A stretch of DNA of 46,662 bases, from NCBI GenBank assembly GCA_046760905.1, contig JBHIFB010000004.1:1-46662 (forward strand), read 5' to 3'. Of this stretch, positions 1 through 8,627 are shown one piece after another (within the stretch, counting starts at the first letter, position 1; each line of letters starts with the position of its first letter). Position numbers and translations under genes: made by a program. Source of the stretch: Candidatus Glassbacteria bacterium (GTDB taxonomy: Bacteria > Gemmatimonadota > CAZMKB01). Under the pieces are notes generated by a model. It did no database searches. It had not been told where the DNA came from and was given only the letters and a program-made list of their open reading frames with translations.

Positions 1-309
1 CACGGAGTAGTCCTTCCCTGGCTCCAGGTCCAGTTTGCCCAGCACCTCTGCGATCCCGCTCATGAGTGGACTGCAGATTCCAGGACAGCGGTAGTATACC
101 AGGTTGAGGATCGTTGGTCTCTGGATGAGCTCATTCAAAGCAGCCCTGTCGCCGTTCTCATCGTAAAACGTGAGATCTAGAGGCACGAAATCACCCAGTT
201 TCTCGTCTATTCCGATCTCGACCGATTGGGCACTTTCCTGAGCGGGGCAGGTTAAGGGCCAAAGCAGCGTCAGGACTAAAACTAAAGCTTTGATGATAAT
301 ACGTATCAC
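1..309 (-). CDS. SCO1/SenC family copper chaperone, 5' part only (runs off the window start)
   Basis: Not in the ORF track. Manual translation from GTG at 309: MIRIIIKALVLVLTLLWPLTCPAQESAQSVEIGIDEKLGDFVPLDLTFYDENG...PTILNLVYYRCPGICSPLMSG. Shows a signal peptide and the SCO CxxxC motif (CPGIC). Such genes usually lead cytochrome c oxidase operons. Confidence 0.85.
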   Translation of the reverse strand, partial: MIRIIIKALVLVLTLLWPLTCPAQESAQSVEIGIDEKLGDFVPLDLTFYDENGDRAALNELIQRPTILNLVYYRCPGICSPLMSGIAEVLGKLDLEPGKDYSV

Positions 310-434
310 TTTTATACTTTGACTGGGATAGTTGCCTGAATCGTCTCTTAATCTCAAAAAATGAGCCAACCCAGGGCTCAAGCAAAAGGATCTAGAAATC
401 AGTCACAATCACAATCCGCAATTGAATTACAGTT

Positions 435-463
435 TTTATAGTATACTTCGCTCGCTTTGTCAA
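435..463 (-). promoter_or_regulatory. sigma70-type promoter for the SCO gene
   Basis: Minus strand TTGACA-17 bp-TATAAA, about 125 bp upstream of the GTG at 309. Confidence 0.6.
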
Positions 464-474
464 GCTCTTGAAAA

Positions 475-593
475 GAGGACTTTCCCCATTTTTCCTGGAA
501 CTTAAGGGCTCTAAGTTCCATAAACATTGAACCTAAGACTTTTGGTATTTCACAGTTACAGAAAGTAAGTTTAAATTTTTGGGTAAAGTCCTC
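475..593. repeat. Non-coding element with inverted-repeat ends, copy A (homologous to 41524-41604)
   Basis: Terminal arms GAGGACTTTCCCCA (475-488) and TGGGTAAAGTCCTC (580-593) are 13/14 complementary. Internal perfect hairpin TGGAACTTA-N7-TAAGTTCCA (496-520). Bases 552-586 match 41567-41601 at 30/35 positions. Confidence 0.7.
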
Positions 594-689
594 CTTGAAA
601 ACACTCCCCTGATCACATACTGGATAAAATTTCATTTTTCACTATCTTATGTAATCAAACATGCCTGCTCACAAGACTTTTTACTCGGT

Positions 690-955
690 ATTAGAAAGAC
701 GTATTTGATAGTATCGTTTTTCGCCCTTATCTGAGGCTTTACCTGGTTGGCGATAAAAGTCGGCCTTGCTCGGGTATCGCCTTCGGGCTCTATTACTAGC
801 TTATCATGAAGATGCAAGTGACCAGGGTTTTTCTGCTGGTTATGCCACGCCAGTTATAGCAATGTTCCTCGGGTGGCGTTTCTCGGGGAAGTATTGACTT
901 TCAACTGGCCATGGTTAGGACATGTATGCTGGGGGGAATCAAACTTGCAAGCTAA
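690..955 (+). pseudogene. EamA/DMT family transporter remnant with a large internal deletion
   Basis: Manual translation across frameshifts gives N-terminal IRKTYLIVSFFALI*GFTWLAIKVGL (compare the DMT motif LIWGSTWLAIKxGL) joined directly to C-terminal CSGIAFGLYY*LIMKMQVTRVFLLV / YATPVIAMFLGW / FLGEVLT / ...LGGIKLAS*. The in-frame stops sit where Trp is expected. Confidence 0.7.
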
Positions 956-977
956 AAGTAGGAGATTTCACGGACAT

Positions 978-1006
978 TTGACACTGAATCAGGGAAGGCT
1001 TAAATT
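978..1006 (+). promoter_or_regulatory. sigma70-type promoter of the peptide ABC operon
   Basis: TTGACA (978-983), 17 bp, TAAATT (1001-1006); 40 bp before the ATG at 1047. Confidence 0.55.
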
Positions 1007-1046
1007 GATGAATCGTATTAGTTACTAAACGGGGGATTACGAGATC

Positions 1047-2819
1047 ATGAGATATCACAGACTGATTCTTATGTTTTTTCTTGCCTCTACAGTTGCCTGC
1101 TCCGGGGAGAAGAAAGAGCTTGGAGAACAGCGAGTCATCCCCTTCCCGGAAGACATGAGAGTTGTGAAAGACATGGATGTGGGAAAACCGGGCGGCAGGG
1201 TTATCTGTGCGATCACCAGCGACCCCAAGACATTCAATCCACTCCTGGTCAGTGAAACCTCCTCGGAGATAATCAACGCACTCATGTTCACGGGGTTGAT
1301 CGCATTCGATCAATATTCCCAAACCTTCGTACCGGCACTGGCGAAATCCTGGGAAGCGGAAGATCTCACATGGACCTTTCATCTCAGGAAGGGGGTGAGA
1401 TGGTCGGATGGCCACGCAATCACGGCCGATGATGTGCTCTTTTCCTTCGAAGTTCTGTATGACAGTATAATCCATCCTCCGGGAGCAGAGCTCCTCATGA
1501 TCGATGGGAAACAGATAAATGTGGAGAAGCTCGATTCCCTGACGGTTAGAATGAATCTACCAGGGAGGTACGGTCCCTTCATAGGGATGATAGGCGCACT
1601 GAGGATCCTCCCGAAGCATAAACTCGAGAACGCATACCTCAGTGGAGACTTCGAGTCAACCTGGGGAGTGGGTACTCCGCCCGAGGACATCGTCGTTTCC
1701 GGACCTTTCATGCTTGCGCAGTATGTTCCGAATGAGAAAGTTGTGCTTAAGAAGAATCCTCACTTCTGGCAACGTGATGTGGCAGGAGTACGTTTGCCGT
1801 ATCTGGATGAGGTGATATATGTGAGTGTCCAGGATGAGAATTCCGTGCTGCTCAAGTTTCAAGCCGGAGAGACCGACATGATACAGGACGGCTTTTCTCC
1901 CGACAACTACCAGATCCTTAAGGAAGGCGAACGGGAAGGGAACTATACCGTTTACGACATCGGGCCGAGGCTCGGTTCCACTCACCTCTGGTTCAATATG
2001 AATACCGGGACAAATCCCAAAACGGGCGATCCATACGTAAAGGCGCATAAACTGGAGTGGTTCACAGACGTCACTTTCAGGCGCGCAATCGCCCATGCCA
2101 TTGACAGGGAAGGCATCGTGAAGACGGTATTACATGGACGGGGGGTTCCTGTATGGGGGCCTGTTTCTCCGAACAACAAAGCCTGGTACAATCCTGATCT
2201 TGTAACCTATCCTTACGACCTCAAGACTGCGTCAAGGCTGCTTGCAAGGATGGGCTTCTGGGATCAGGACGACGATGGGATTCTTGAAGATAGGGATGGG
2301 AATGAACTGGAGTTCACACTTAATACTAATGCGAGCAACAATACCAGGGTGAAGATCGCCAATATCATTGCTGATGATCTGAAAAAACTCGGGGTAGGGG
2401 TGAATTTCGTTCCGATCGATTTCAATGATCTCATAACGAGAATACGAGAGACTTTCGACTATGAGGCGATGCTGCTTGCTCTCACCGAGGGTGTTCCTCC
2501 CGACCCAGTTATGGGATTGAACGTATTCCTTTCCTTTGGAGATACGCACCTTTGGTTCCCCAATCAGAAGACCCCGGCGACCCCGTGGGAAGCCGAGATC
2601 GACTCGCTCATGATGGCACAGGCGGTAACAGACGATCAGGCTCTCAGGAAGCAGGCGTTCGACAGGGTCCAGCGCATCATGAGTGAGCAGGTGCCTTTCA
2701 TCTTCCTTGTCAACAGAAACGAGTACGTTGCGGCAAGGAATTCACTCGGGAACATAAAACCGTCGATCATGGAGCCTTTTCTCCTTCATAACGCTGAACA
2801 GGTGTTCCTGAAGGATTAG
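1047..2819 (+). CDS. ABC transporter substrate-binding lipoprotein, family 5 (OppA/DppA/AppA-like)
   Basis: Lipobox (STVA-C); DPKTFNP, PALAKSWE, WTFHLRKGVRWSDG.ITADDVLFSF and FRRAIAHAIDR motifs of SBP_bac_5. Confidence 0.95.
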   Translation: MRYHRLILMFFLASTVACSGEKKELGEQRVIPFPEDMRVVKDMDVGKPGGRVICAITSDPKTFNPLLVSETSSEIINALMFTGLIAFDQYSQTFVPALAKSWEAEDLTWTFHLRKGVRWSDGHAITADDVLFSFEVLYDSIIHPPGAELLMIDGKQINVEKLDSLTVRMNLPGRYGPFIGMIGALRILPKHKLENAYLSGDFESTWGVGTPPEDIVVSGPFMLAQYVPNEKVVLKKNPHFWQRDVAGVRLPYLDEVIYVSVQDENSVLLKFQAGETDMIQDGFSPDNYQILKEGEREGNYTVYDIGPRLGSTHLWFNMNTGTNPKTGDPYVKAHKLEWFTDVTFRRAIAHAIDREGIVKTVLHGRGVPVWGPVSPNNKAWYNPDLVTYPYDLKTASRLLARMGFWDQDDDGILEDRDGNELEFTLNTNASNNTRVKIANIIADDLKKLGVGVNFVPIDFNDLITRIRETFDYEAMLLALTEGVPPDPVMGLNVFLSFGDTHLWFPNQKTPATPWEAEIDSLMMAQAVTDDQALRKQAFDRVQRIMSEQVPFIFLVNRNEYVAARNSLGNIKPSIMEPFLLHNAEQVFLKD

Positions 2820-2861
2820 AGGAGAGTTTGCAGTGATCCCTCTCCTGGAGAAGCATTCGAG

Positions 2862-3830
2862 ATGATACCCTTCATCTTGAGGAGACTCCTTCATGCCATT
2901 CCGCTCATTCTGCTAATCTGCCTGTTTTCTTTCTTCCTAATAGATATTGCCCCTGGAGATTTCCTCTCACAGATGTCACTAGATCCTCAGGTTTCTCAGC
3001 AGTCGATCGAGGCCATGCGAACCAGATTCGGCCTGGATAAGCCCTGGTATGTTCAATACTTCCTGTGGCTGAAAAATGTATTGCTCCACCTCGACTTCGG
3101 TCATTCGCTGTCATATAAAGTTCCGGTGTTCTCTCTCATAAAATCGAGGCTTTTCAATACCCTGCTGCTCACCCTCGCTGCGGCGTTTGTAACCTGGGTC
3201 ATGGCAATTCCATTCGGTATCCTCGCGGCATGGAAGCGCAATACATTCCTCGACCGGAGTCTCTCCGTCGTCTCCTATTTCGGACTCTCCATGCCCGAGG
3301 TGCTTTCGGCATTGCTCCTATTGTTCTTCGCCGCGAGGAGCGGATATTTCCCGACCGGTGGAATGCGAAGCATCGACCATGAGGCGATGAGCCTGGCGGG
3401 AAAGATGTTTGACATCCTACACCATCTGATGCTACCGGCTCTGGTTCTCGGCATAGTTCCAGTTGCAAGCAGGATGCGCCAGATGAGGGCGAACCTCCTC
3501 GAAGCACTCGGTGCAGACTATGTCACCTACGCCAGGGCGAAAGGGCTGCCTGAAAGGATTGTGGTACTAAGACATGCCCTGAGAGGCGCTCTCAATCCAA
3601 TGGTGACACTCTTCGGTTACACTATCGCATCGCTACTATCCGGCTCACTGCTCGTCGAGGTCATAATGTCATGGCCGGGTATCGGCAGGCTTACTGTCGA
3701 ATCACTAAAAGCTCAGGATCTCTATCTCACGATGGGTGCAGTATTAACCTCATCAGTCATGCTTATACTCGGGAATCTTCTCGCTGACCTTCTTCTGGCG
3801 CTTTTGGATCCGAGGATCCGGGAAAGATGA
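2862..3830 (+). CDS. Peptide ABC transporter permease (OppB/DppB-like)
   Basis: APGD..., FGLDKPWYVQY, EAA loop (DYVTYARAKGL), WPGIGRL and LDPRIR ending; multiple TM segments. Confidence 0.95.
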   Translation: MIPFILRRLLHAIPLILLICLFSFFLIDIAPGDFLSQMSLDPQVSQQSIEAMRTRFGLDKPWYVQYFLWLKNVLLHLDFGHSLSYKVPVFSLIKSRLFNTLLLTLAAAFVTWVMAIPFGILAAWKRNTFLDRSLSVVSYFGLSMPEVLSALLLLFFAARSGYFPTGGMRSIDHEAMSLAGKMFDILHHLMLPALVLGIVPVASRMRQMRANLLEALGADYVTYARAKGLPERIVVLRHALRGALNPMVTLFGYTIASLLSGSLLVEVIMSWPGIGRLTVESLKAQDLYLTMGAVLTSSVMLILGNLLADLLLALLDPRIRER

Positions 3831-4927
3831 GACGGAACGAAACCACCTCCAGCAATAATCCTGTGAGAAGTTCAAGTTCGGTTTTCTGGCGGAGGTTCAA
3901 AAAAAACAGGGTGTCAGTGGCTGGTCTTTTAATCATAGGACTCCTCTATTTTGCGTCGGTGTTCGCGGGTTTCATCGCACCATACAGCCAGTCCAGACAG
4001 AATCGAGAGTTATTCTACCACCCCCCGATGCGCATTCATTTCATAGATTCAAATGGGAAATTCCACCTCAGGCCGTTCGTTTACAGGACAGTTGTGGTTA
4101 ACGAGAGCATTCCAGAGTATGCCGAAGATATGAGTATCCGCTACCCGATAAGATTTCTGGTGCGAGGTGATGAATACAGCCTGTTTTTTGTTTTCAGAAG
4201 CACTCTTCACCTCTACGGTGTCGATGAGCCCGGGCGCATCTTTCTGCTGGGAACCGATGTCTTCGGCAGGGATATAGCGAGTCGACTGCTGTTCGGCTCA
4301 CAGATTTCCCTTTCCATCGGGATTGTCGGAATCATCCTCACATTTCTCCTCGGAATGATGATCGGGGGCATATCTGGATACTTCGGAGGTGTTGTGGATG
4401 TTGTCCTGATGAGAGTCACAGAACTCCTCATGTCCATTCCAACGCTTTATTTGATTCTGGCACTCAGAGCGACTATTCCTGCATCAGTGCCATCCACTCG
4501 GATGTATCTTATCATTGTGGTCATACTCTCATTGATTGGCTGGGCCAGTATTTCTAGGATAATCAGGGGAATGGTCCTATCGATAAGGGAGGAGGAATAT
4601 GTCCTGGCCGCCAAGGCCCTCGGTCTAGGTAGCATGAGAATCATAATTAGGCACATTCTTCCGAACACCTTCAGCTTCGTCATCGTAGCCGCTACCGTAA
4701 CCATACCAGGTTACATACTCGGAGAGGTGGCTCTCTCCTTCCTCGGGTTCGGGATCCAGGAGCCGCAATCGAGCTGGGGTCTGATGTTGAAGGAGGCACA
4801 GAGCATCCGGGTACTGACGTCATATCCATGGATTCTGGCACCGGGTTTCTTCATATTTATTACGGTACTCGCATTCAATTTCCTCGGTGATGGGCTGAGA
4901 GACATTCTCGACCCCAAGTATAGATAG
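3827..4927 (+). CDS. Peptide ABC transporter permease (OppC/DppC-like)
   Basis: FWRRFKKNR N-terminal domain, LGTDVFGRD, EEYVLAAKALG, LSFLGFG, GDGLRDILDP. ATGA overlap with the upstream permease. Confidence 0.95.
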   Translation: MRRNETTSSNNPVRSSSSVFWRRFKKNRVSVAGLLIIGLLYFASVFAGFIAPYSQSRQNRELFYHPPMRIHFIDSNGKFHLRPFVYRTVVVNESIPEYAEDMSIRYPIRFLVRGDEYSLFFVFRSTLHLYGVDEPGRIFLLGTDVFGRDIASRLLFGSQISLSIGIVGIILTFLLGMMIGGISGYFGGVVDVVLMRVTELLMSIPTLYLILALRATIPASVPSTRMYLIIVVILSLIGWASISRIIRGMVLSIREEEYVLAAKALGLGSMRIIIRHILPNTFSFVIVAATVTIPGYILGEVALSFLGFGIQEPQSSWGLMLKEAQSIRVLTSYPWILAPGFFIFITVLAFNFLGDGLRDILDPKYR

Positions 4928-4996
4928 TATTCTGATTGCCTGCTGGCAAAGCATTGTGGAAGGCATAACGTTTATAATCTCGAACATGGATCTAAG

Positions 4997-6391
4997 ATGA
5001 TGAATATGAAACCCAGGGGCTTTCTAATCATAGCCGTCGTCTTGATCGCCGCCGGCTTCATCACGCTGACAGTCACCAGGGATAAGATCAATCTTGTACT
5101 TATTTCGATAGACACCCTCAGACCGGATCACCTCGGATGCTATGGATACGATCGTGACACGAGCCCAAACATGGATAGTATCGCACGTGAGGGAGCCATC
5201 TTTAAAACTGTGATAAGTCAATCCTCCTGGACACTCCCGGCGCATGCGACTCTTCTTACATCTACTTATCCATCGGTGCATGGAGTAACGAGGGACGACA
5301 AGGCACTCGACCCCAAACTCGTGACCCTGGCGGAGCTTTTGCGGGAAAATGGATACATGACCGCTGCCTTCACAGGCGGAGGTTACATGCACAAGCGCTT
5401 TGGCTTCTCACAGGGTTTTGAAGTGTACATGGACAGTTATGTCGATGCCCGGGGCTCCTATTCTCCATTCCTGGATGTACACTGGAGCTCATTCAGGTCC
5501 GTCCTTCTCAACTGGTTGAATGCTAATCACGACGAGCCGTTTTTCCTTTTCATCCATAGCTATGACGTGCATAAGCCGTATGACCCGCCTGCTGAATATG
5601 TGAGACGATTTTATCCTTCGTGCCGGGGTGAAATCATCACTTTCCTGGCGCATGATACGGTAGTTATCAAAGGGGTGGAAAATCCCGTGGTAAAGATTCC
5701 GGTTGACTCTCTTAGCTCCGGCGAAATTGATCACATCGTTGCTCATTACGATGCGGAAATACGTCTCGTCGATGAAGAGGTCGGTATACTCTTGGAAGCC
5801 CTTGAGAGATACGGTATCAAGGATGAGACCATGATCGTGATTACCTCCGACCACGGCGAGCAATTCCTGGAGCACGGAGGACTTGGTCACAGGAACACAC
5901 TCTTCGAGGAGGAACTCCGGGTGCCTCTGTTGATCAGATTTCCACCGTTTATCAAGCAGGGAACAGTAATCGAGGCACCGGTTGCGATTGTGGATATCAT
6001 GCCGACGCTGCTCGAGCTGATGAGGCTGAGGCGAGGTGATTTTGATGGTGAGAGTATCCTGCCTCTCTTGAAAGGGCAGCATCGACAGCCCCTGATAATA
6101 AGTGAGTATCAGGAAGGCGGTCTTGCATCAATCAGGGATGGTAGGTACAAACTCATCGTGTCGCAGGCTGATAGGTTACTGCATTTGTATGACATCATCG
6201 ATGACCCGGGGGAGCTGGCCGATATCGCTGCTAATCAACCGTATACTAGGGATAGGCTTTTTAACGAGTTGAGGGAGAGGATCGTAGAGCAGCGCCTTGA
6301 AGGAGAGAAATACAGGGGAGCCGAAGCCGGTGAAGCGGGTAAAGAGTACATTCAACAGCAGCTGAAAGCCTTGGGATATATCGAAGAGTGA
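4997..6391 (+). CDS. Sulfatase-like hydrolase/transferase (alkaline phosphatase superfamily), N-terminal anchor
   Basis: NLVLISIDTLRPDHLGCYGY, TSDHGE and LYDI..DPGE motifs. The nucleophile loop reads SSWTLPAH rather than [CS]xPxR. Ends QQQLKALGYIEE. Confidence 0.9.
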   Translation: MMNMKPRGFLIIAVVLIAAGFITLTVTRDKINLVLISIDTLRPDHLGCYGYDRDTSPNMDSIAREGAIFKTVISQSSWTLPAHATLLTSTYPSVHGVTRDDKALDPKLVTLAELLRENGYMTAAFTGGGYMHKRFGFSQGFEVYMDSYVDARGSYSPFLDVHWSSFRSVLLNWLNANHDEPFFLFIHSYDVHKPYDPPAEYVRRFYPSCRGEIITFLAHDTVVIKGVENPVVKIPVDSLSSGEIDHIVAHYDAEIRLVDEEVGILLEALERYGIKDETMIVITSDHGEQFLEHGGLGHRNTLFEEELRVPLLIRFPPFIKQGTVIEAPVAIVDIMPTLLELMRLRRGDFDGESILPLLKGQHRQPLIISEYQEGGLASIRDGRYKLIVSQADRLLHLYDIIDDPGELADIAANQPYTRDRLFNELRERIVEQRLEGEKYRGAEAGEAGKEYIQQQLKALGYIEE

Positions 6392-6455
6392 GAAGAGCTA
6401 CGTCTCACTGAAGTGTTCTAAAGAGATGGCCAGACATTTGTGAGAAGGAGCAGGG

Positions 6456-8423
6456 ATGGAAGAAAAGAGGGGCCTGAGCCCGGAAGCATACGAAGAAGTA
6501 CCCGGAGACAGCTACGTGCCTTACATACTCGATGGATCGGATATGATCGAATTCACCGTGAAGGCGCTTGTTCTGGGATCGATTTTCGGAATTCTCTTCG
6601 GAGCGGCGAATGCATACCTTGGTCTTAGGGTGGGACTCACCATCTCAACCTCCATCCCGGTCGCCGTTATGACGGTGGCCGTATTCCGGTCTATAGAACG
6701 ATTCATAGGTCCTTCGACGCTTCTTGAGAACAATATCGCCAAGACGGTGGGTTCGGCGAGTTCCTCACTCGCATCAGGAATTATTTTTACGATTCCCGCA
6801 CTTTTTCTCTGGGGGACGGATGCGGATATATGGACTGTTACGACTGTGGCGTTGGGGGGTGGAATACTCGGGGTGCTATTCATGGTTCCTCTAAGAAGGT
6901 TTCTGATAACCGGTGAGCATGGCCGCCTCCCTTACCCGGAGGGAACAGCTGCAGCAGAAGTTCTCGTCGCTGCGGAAATCGGAGGAACCCATGCGAAGAA
7001 TGTATTCACGGGAATGGGGATAGGAGCTTTCTATAAATGGTTGATGAGCGGGCTCAACCTCTGGAAAACGGAAGTGTCCCTCCGCATCCCTTTCATCAAG
7101 AAAGCCGAAGTCGGACTCGATGTGTCGCCGGCGCTTCTCGGCGTGGGCTACATCCTCGGATTCAGGATCGCGCTTATCATGGTCTCGGGCGGATTACTCG
7201 CGTGGCTGGGTCTCATACCGGCCATCGCCTATCTGTACGAAGGTGCGACGGAGCCTCTCTTTCCCGAGAAGTCGATACTCGTGGATAGCATGACCGCACA
7301 CATGATCTGGACCAGGTACATAAGGTATGTAGGAGCAGGGGCGGTGGCGTCCGCAGGGATAATCACTCTGATACGGTCGATACCGACAATGGTGAGTTCC
7401 TTCAGGATCGGCCTGAAGGGGGTGATGCGGAGGATGAATTCTACCACTGTCACTATCGAGGAAAGAAGAACGCAGGCCGATCTTTCCCTCGTGAAGGTAC
7501 TTGTTGGTATTGCCATTATAACGATATTTCTGGCACTCACCCCGACTGTGTTCGGTTTCCTCGGTGGTTTCTCGAGGCGCCTTGTAGCATCGATCCTCGT
7601 GGCTATCTTCGCCTTTTTCTTCACAACGGTATCGGCAAGGATCGTGGGGCTCGTTGGTGTAACATCGAATCCAACATCCGGGATGATCATCGCCACACTT
7701 ATCTGTACGAGCCTGGTCTTCGTTATCATGGGCTTCGATGGACTCGTCGGAAAGGTTGCGATACTCCTGATCGGTGCCGTCGTGGGTGTTTCCGCATCGA
7801 TTGCTGGTGACACCTCGCAGGACCTTAAAACCGGCTTCCTGCTCGGTGCGACACCCCACCGTCAGCAGGTAGGGGAACTCGTGGGGGTACTAACAACCGC
7901 GTTTTTCGTCGCAGGAAGTGTCCTGATGCTCGAGAGACAGTATGGATTCGGCTCGGTAGAGCTTCCGGCCCCTCAGGCTAACATGATGAAGCTTGTAATC
8001 GATGGGGTGCTCGAAGCCGAGATTCCATGGAGACTCGTCCTCCTCGGTATCGGGATTACGCTTATCGTGGAGATTATGAAGCTTCCATCGCTGGCTTTTG
8101 CTGTGGGAGTATACCTGCCGGTTTCAACAATGACGCCGCTTTTCGTTGGCGGTCTTGTAAGGAGAATCATCGAGAGCCGTGCTGGAGACGATCTGGAGCT
8201 GATAAGGAAAAGGCGTGAAAAGGGCATTCTTTACGGCTCGGGTCTCGTTGGCGGGGACGGATTGGTGGGTGTCGGTATAGCATTCTGGGCGGGTGCCTTC
8301 GGCATTCCTGAGGGATTCGGAACAGCCTGGGCAGGGGGATTGGCAGGCATCATACCGCTTGTGTTCTTCATGTTGCTCGTCTATCTACTTGTGAGAAGCA
8401 CAAGAGAAGATGCTGCTGTTTGA
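6456..8423 (+). CDS. OPT family oligopeptide transporter (paralog 1)
   Basis: ANAYLGLRVG, LENNI, LPYPEGTAAAEVL, SNPTSG, DTSQDLKTGFLLGATP and PAPQA motifs; many TM helices. Confidence 0.95.
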   Translation: MEEKRGLSPEAYEEVPGDSYVPYILDGSDMIEFTVKALVLGSIFGILFGAANAYLGLRVGLTISTSIPVAVMTVAVFRSIERFIGPSTLLENNIAKTVGSASSSLASGIIFTIPALFLWGTDADIWTVTTVALGGGILGVLFMVPLRRFLITGEHGRLPYPEGTAAAEVLVAAEIGGTHAKNVFTGMGIGAFYKWLMSGLNLWKTEVSLRIPFIKKAEVGLDVSPALLGVGYILGFRIALIMVSGGLLAWLGLIPAIAYLYEGATEPLFPEKSILVDSMTAHMIWTRYIRYVGAGAVASAGIITLIRSIPTMVSSFRIGLKGVMRRMNSTTVTIEERRTQADLSLVKVLVGIAIITIFLALTPTVFGFLGGFSRRLVASILVAIFAFFFTTVSARIVGLVGVTSNPTSGMIIATLICTSLVFVIMGFDGLVGKVAILLIGAVVGVSASIAGDTSQDLKTGFLLGATPHRQQVGELVGVLTTAFFVAGSVLMLERQYGFGSVELPAPQANMMKLVIDGVLEAEIPWRLVLLGIGITLIVEIMKLPSLAFAVGVYLPVSTMTPLFVGGLVRRIIESRAGDDLELIRKRREKGILYGSGLVGGDGLVGVGIAFWAGAFGIPEGFGTAWAGGLAGIIPLVFFMLLVYLLVRSTREDAAV

Positions 8424-8452
8424 GATCATTGAAGTTTTATCAGTTCACCAAC

Positions 8453-8569
8453 TCAATAAAGGATACGCATGAAGACCTCTTTCTGTAGATCTAATCCGAT
8501 GGCCCGATGCTCCCGAATAACAAAATCGGTGCACACGCCTATACTGTCTGGAACATCGCCATCCGGATA
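8453..8569 (-). pseudogene. DUF1287 (YijF-like) gene fragment
   Basis: Manual translation YPDGDVPDSIGVCTDFVIREHRAIGLDLQKEVF matches the recalled DUF1287 core YPxGDVPxxxGVCTDVVIRAYRxxGxDLQKxV. No start codon; both ends lost. Confidence 0.7.
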
Positions 8570-8586
8570 CTTACCCCATGGAGGCT

Positions 8587-8622
8587 GCTTGCCCGCGGCA
8601 TCACGTGCAAACTGTTTTATGC
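8587..8622 (-). repeat. Truncated attC-like site (left arm only)
   Basis: A few bp after the RQC stop: GCATAAAACAGTTTGCACGTGATGCCGCGGGCAAGC. Resembles an attC left arm (RYYYAAC...TGCAxxTGAC); the right arm is missing. Confidence 0.4.
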
Positions 8623-8627
8623 GGCTC

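Noticed and set aside
399-635. 78-aa minus-strand ORF with a Cys-rich end (and the 191-385 ORF)
   Set aside because: It overlaps the SCO promoter and the repeated non-coding element and shows no recognisable family. The 191-385 ORF is an alternative frame over the SCO gene start.
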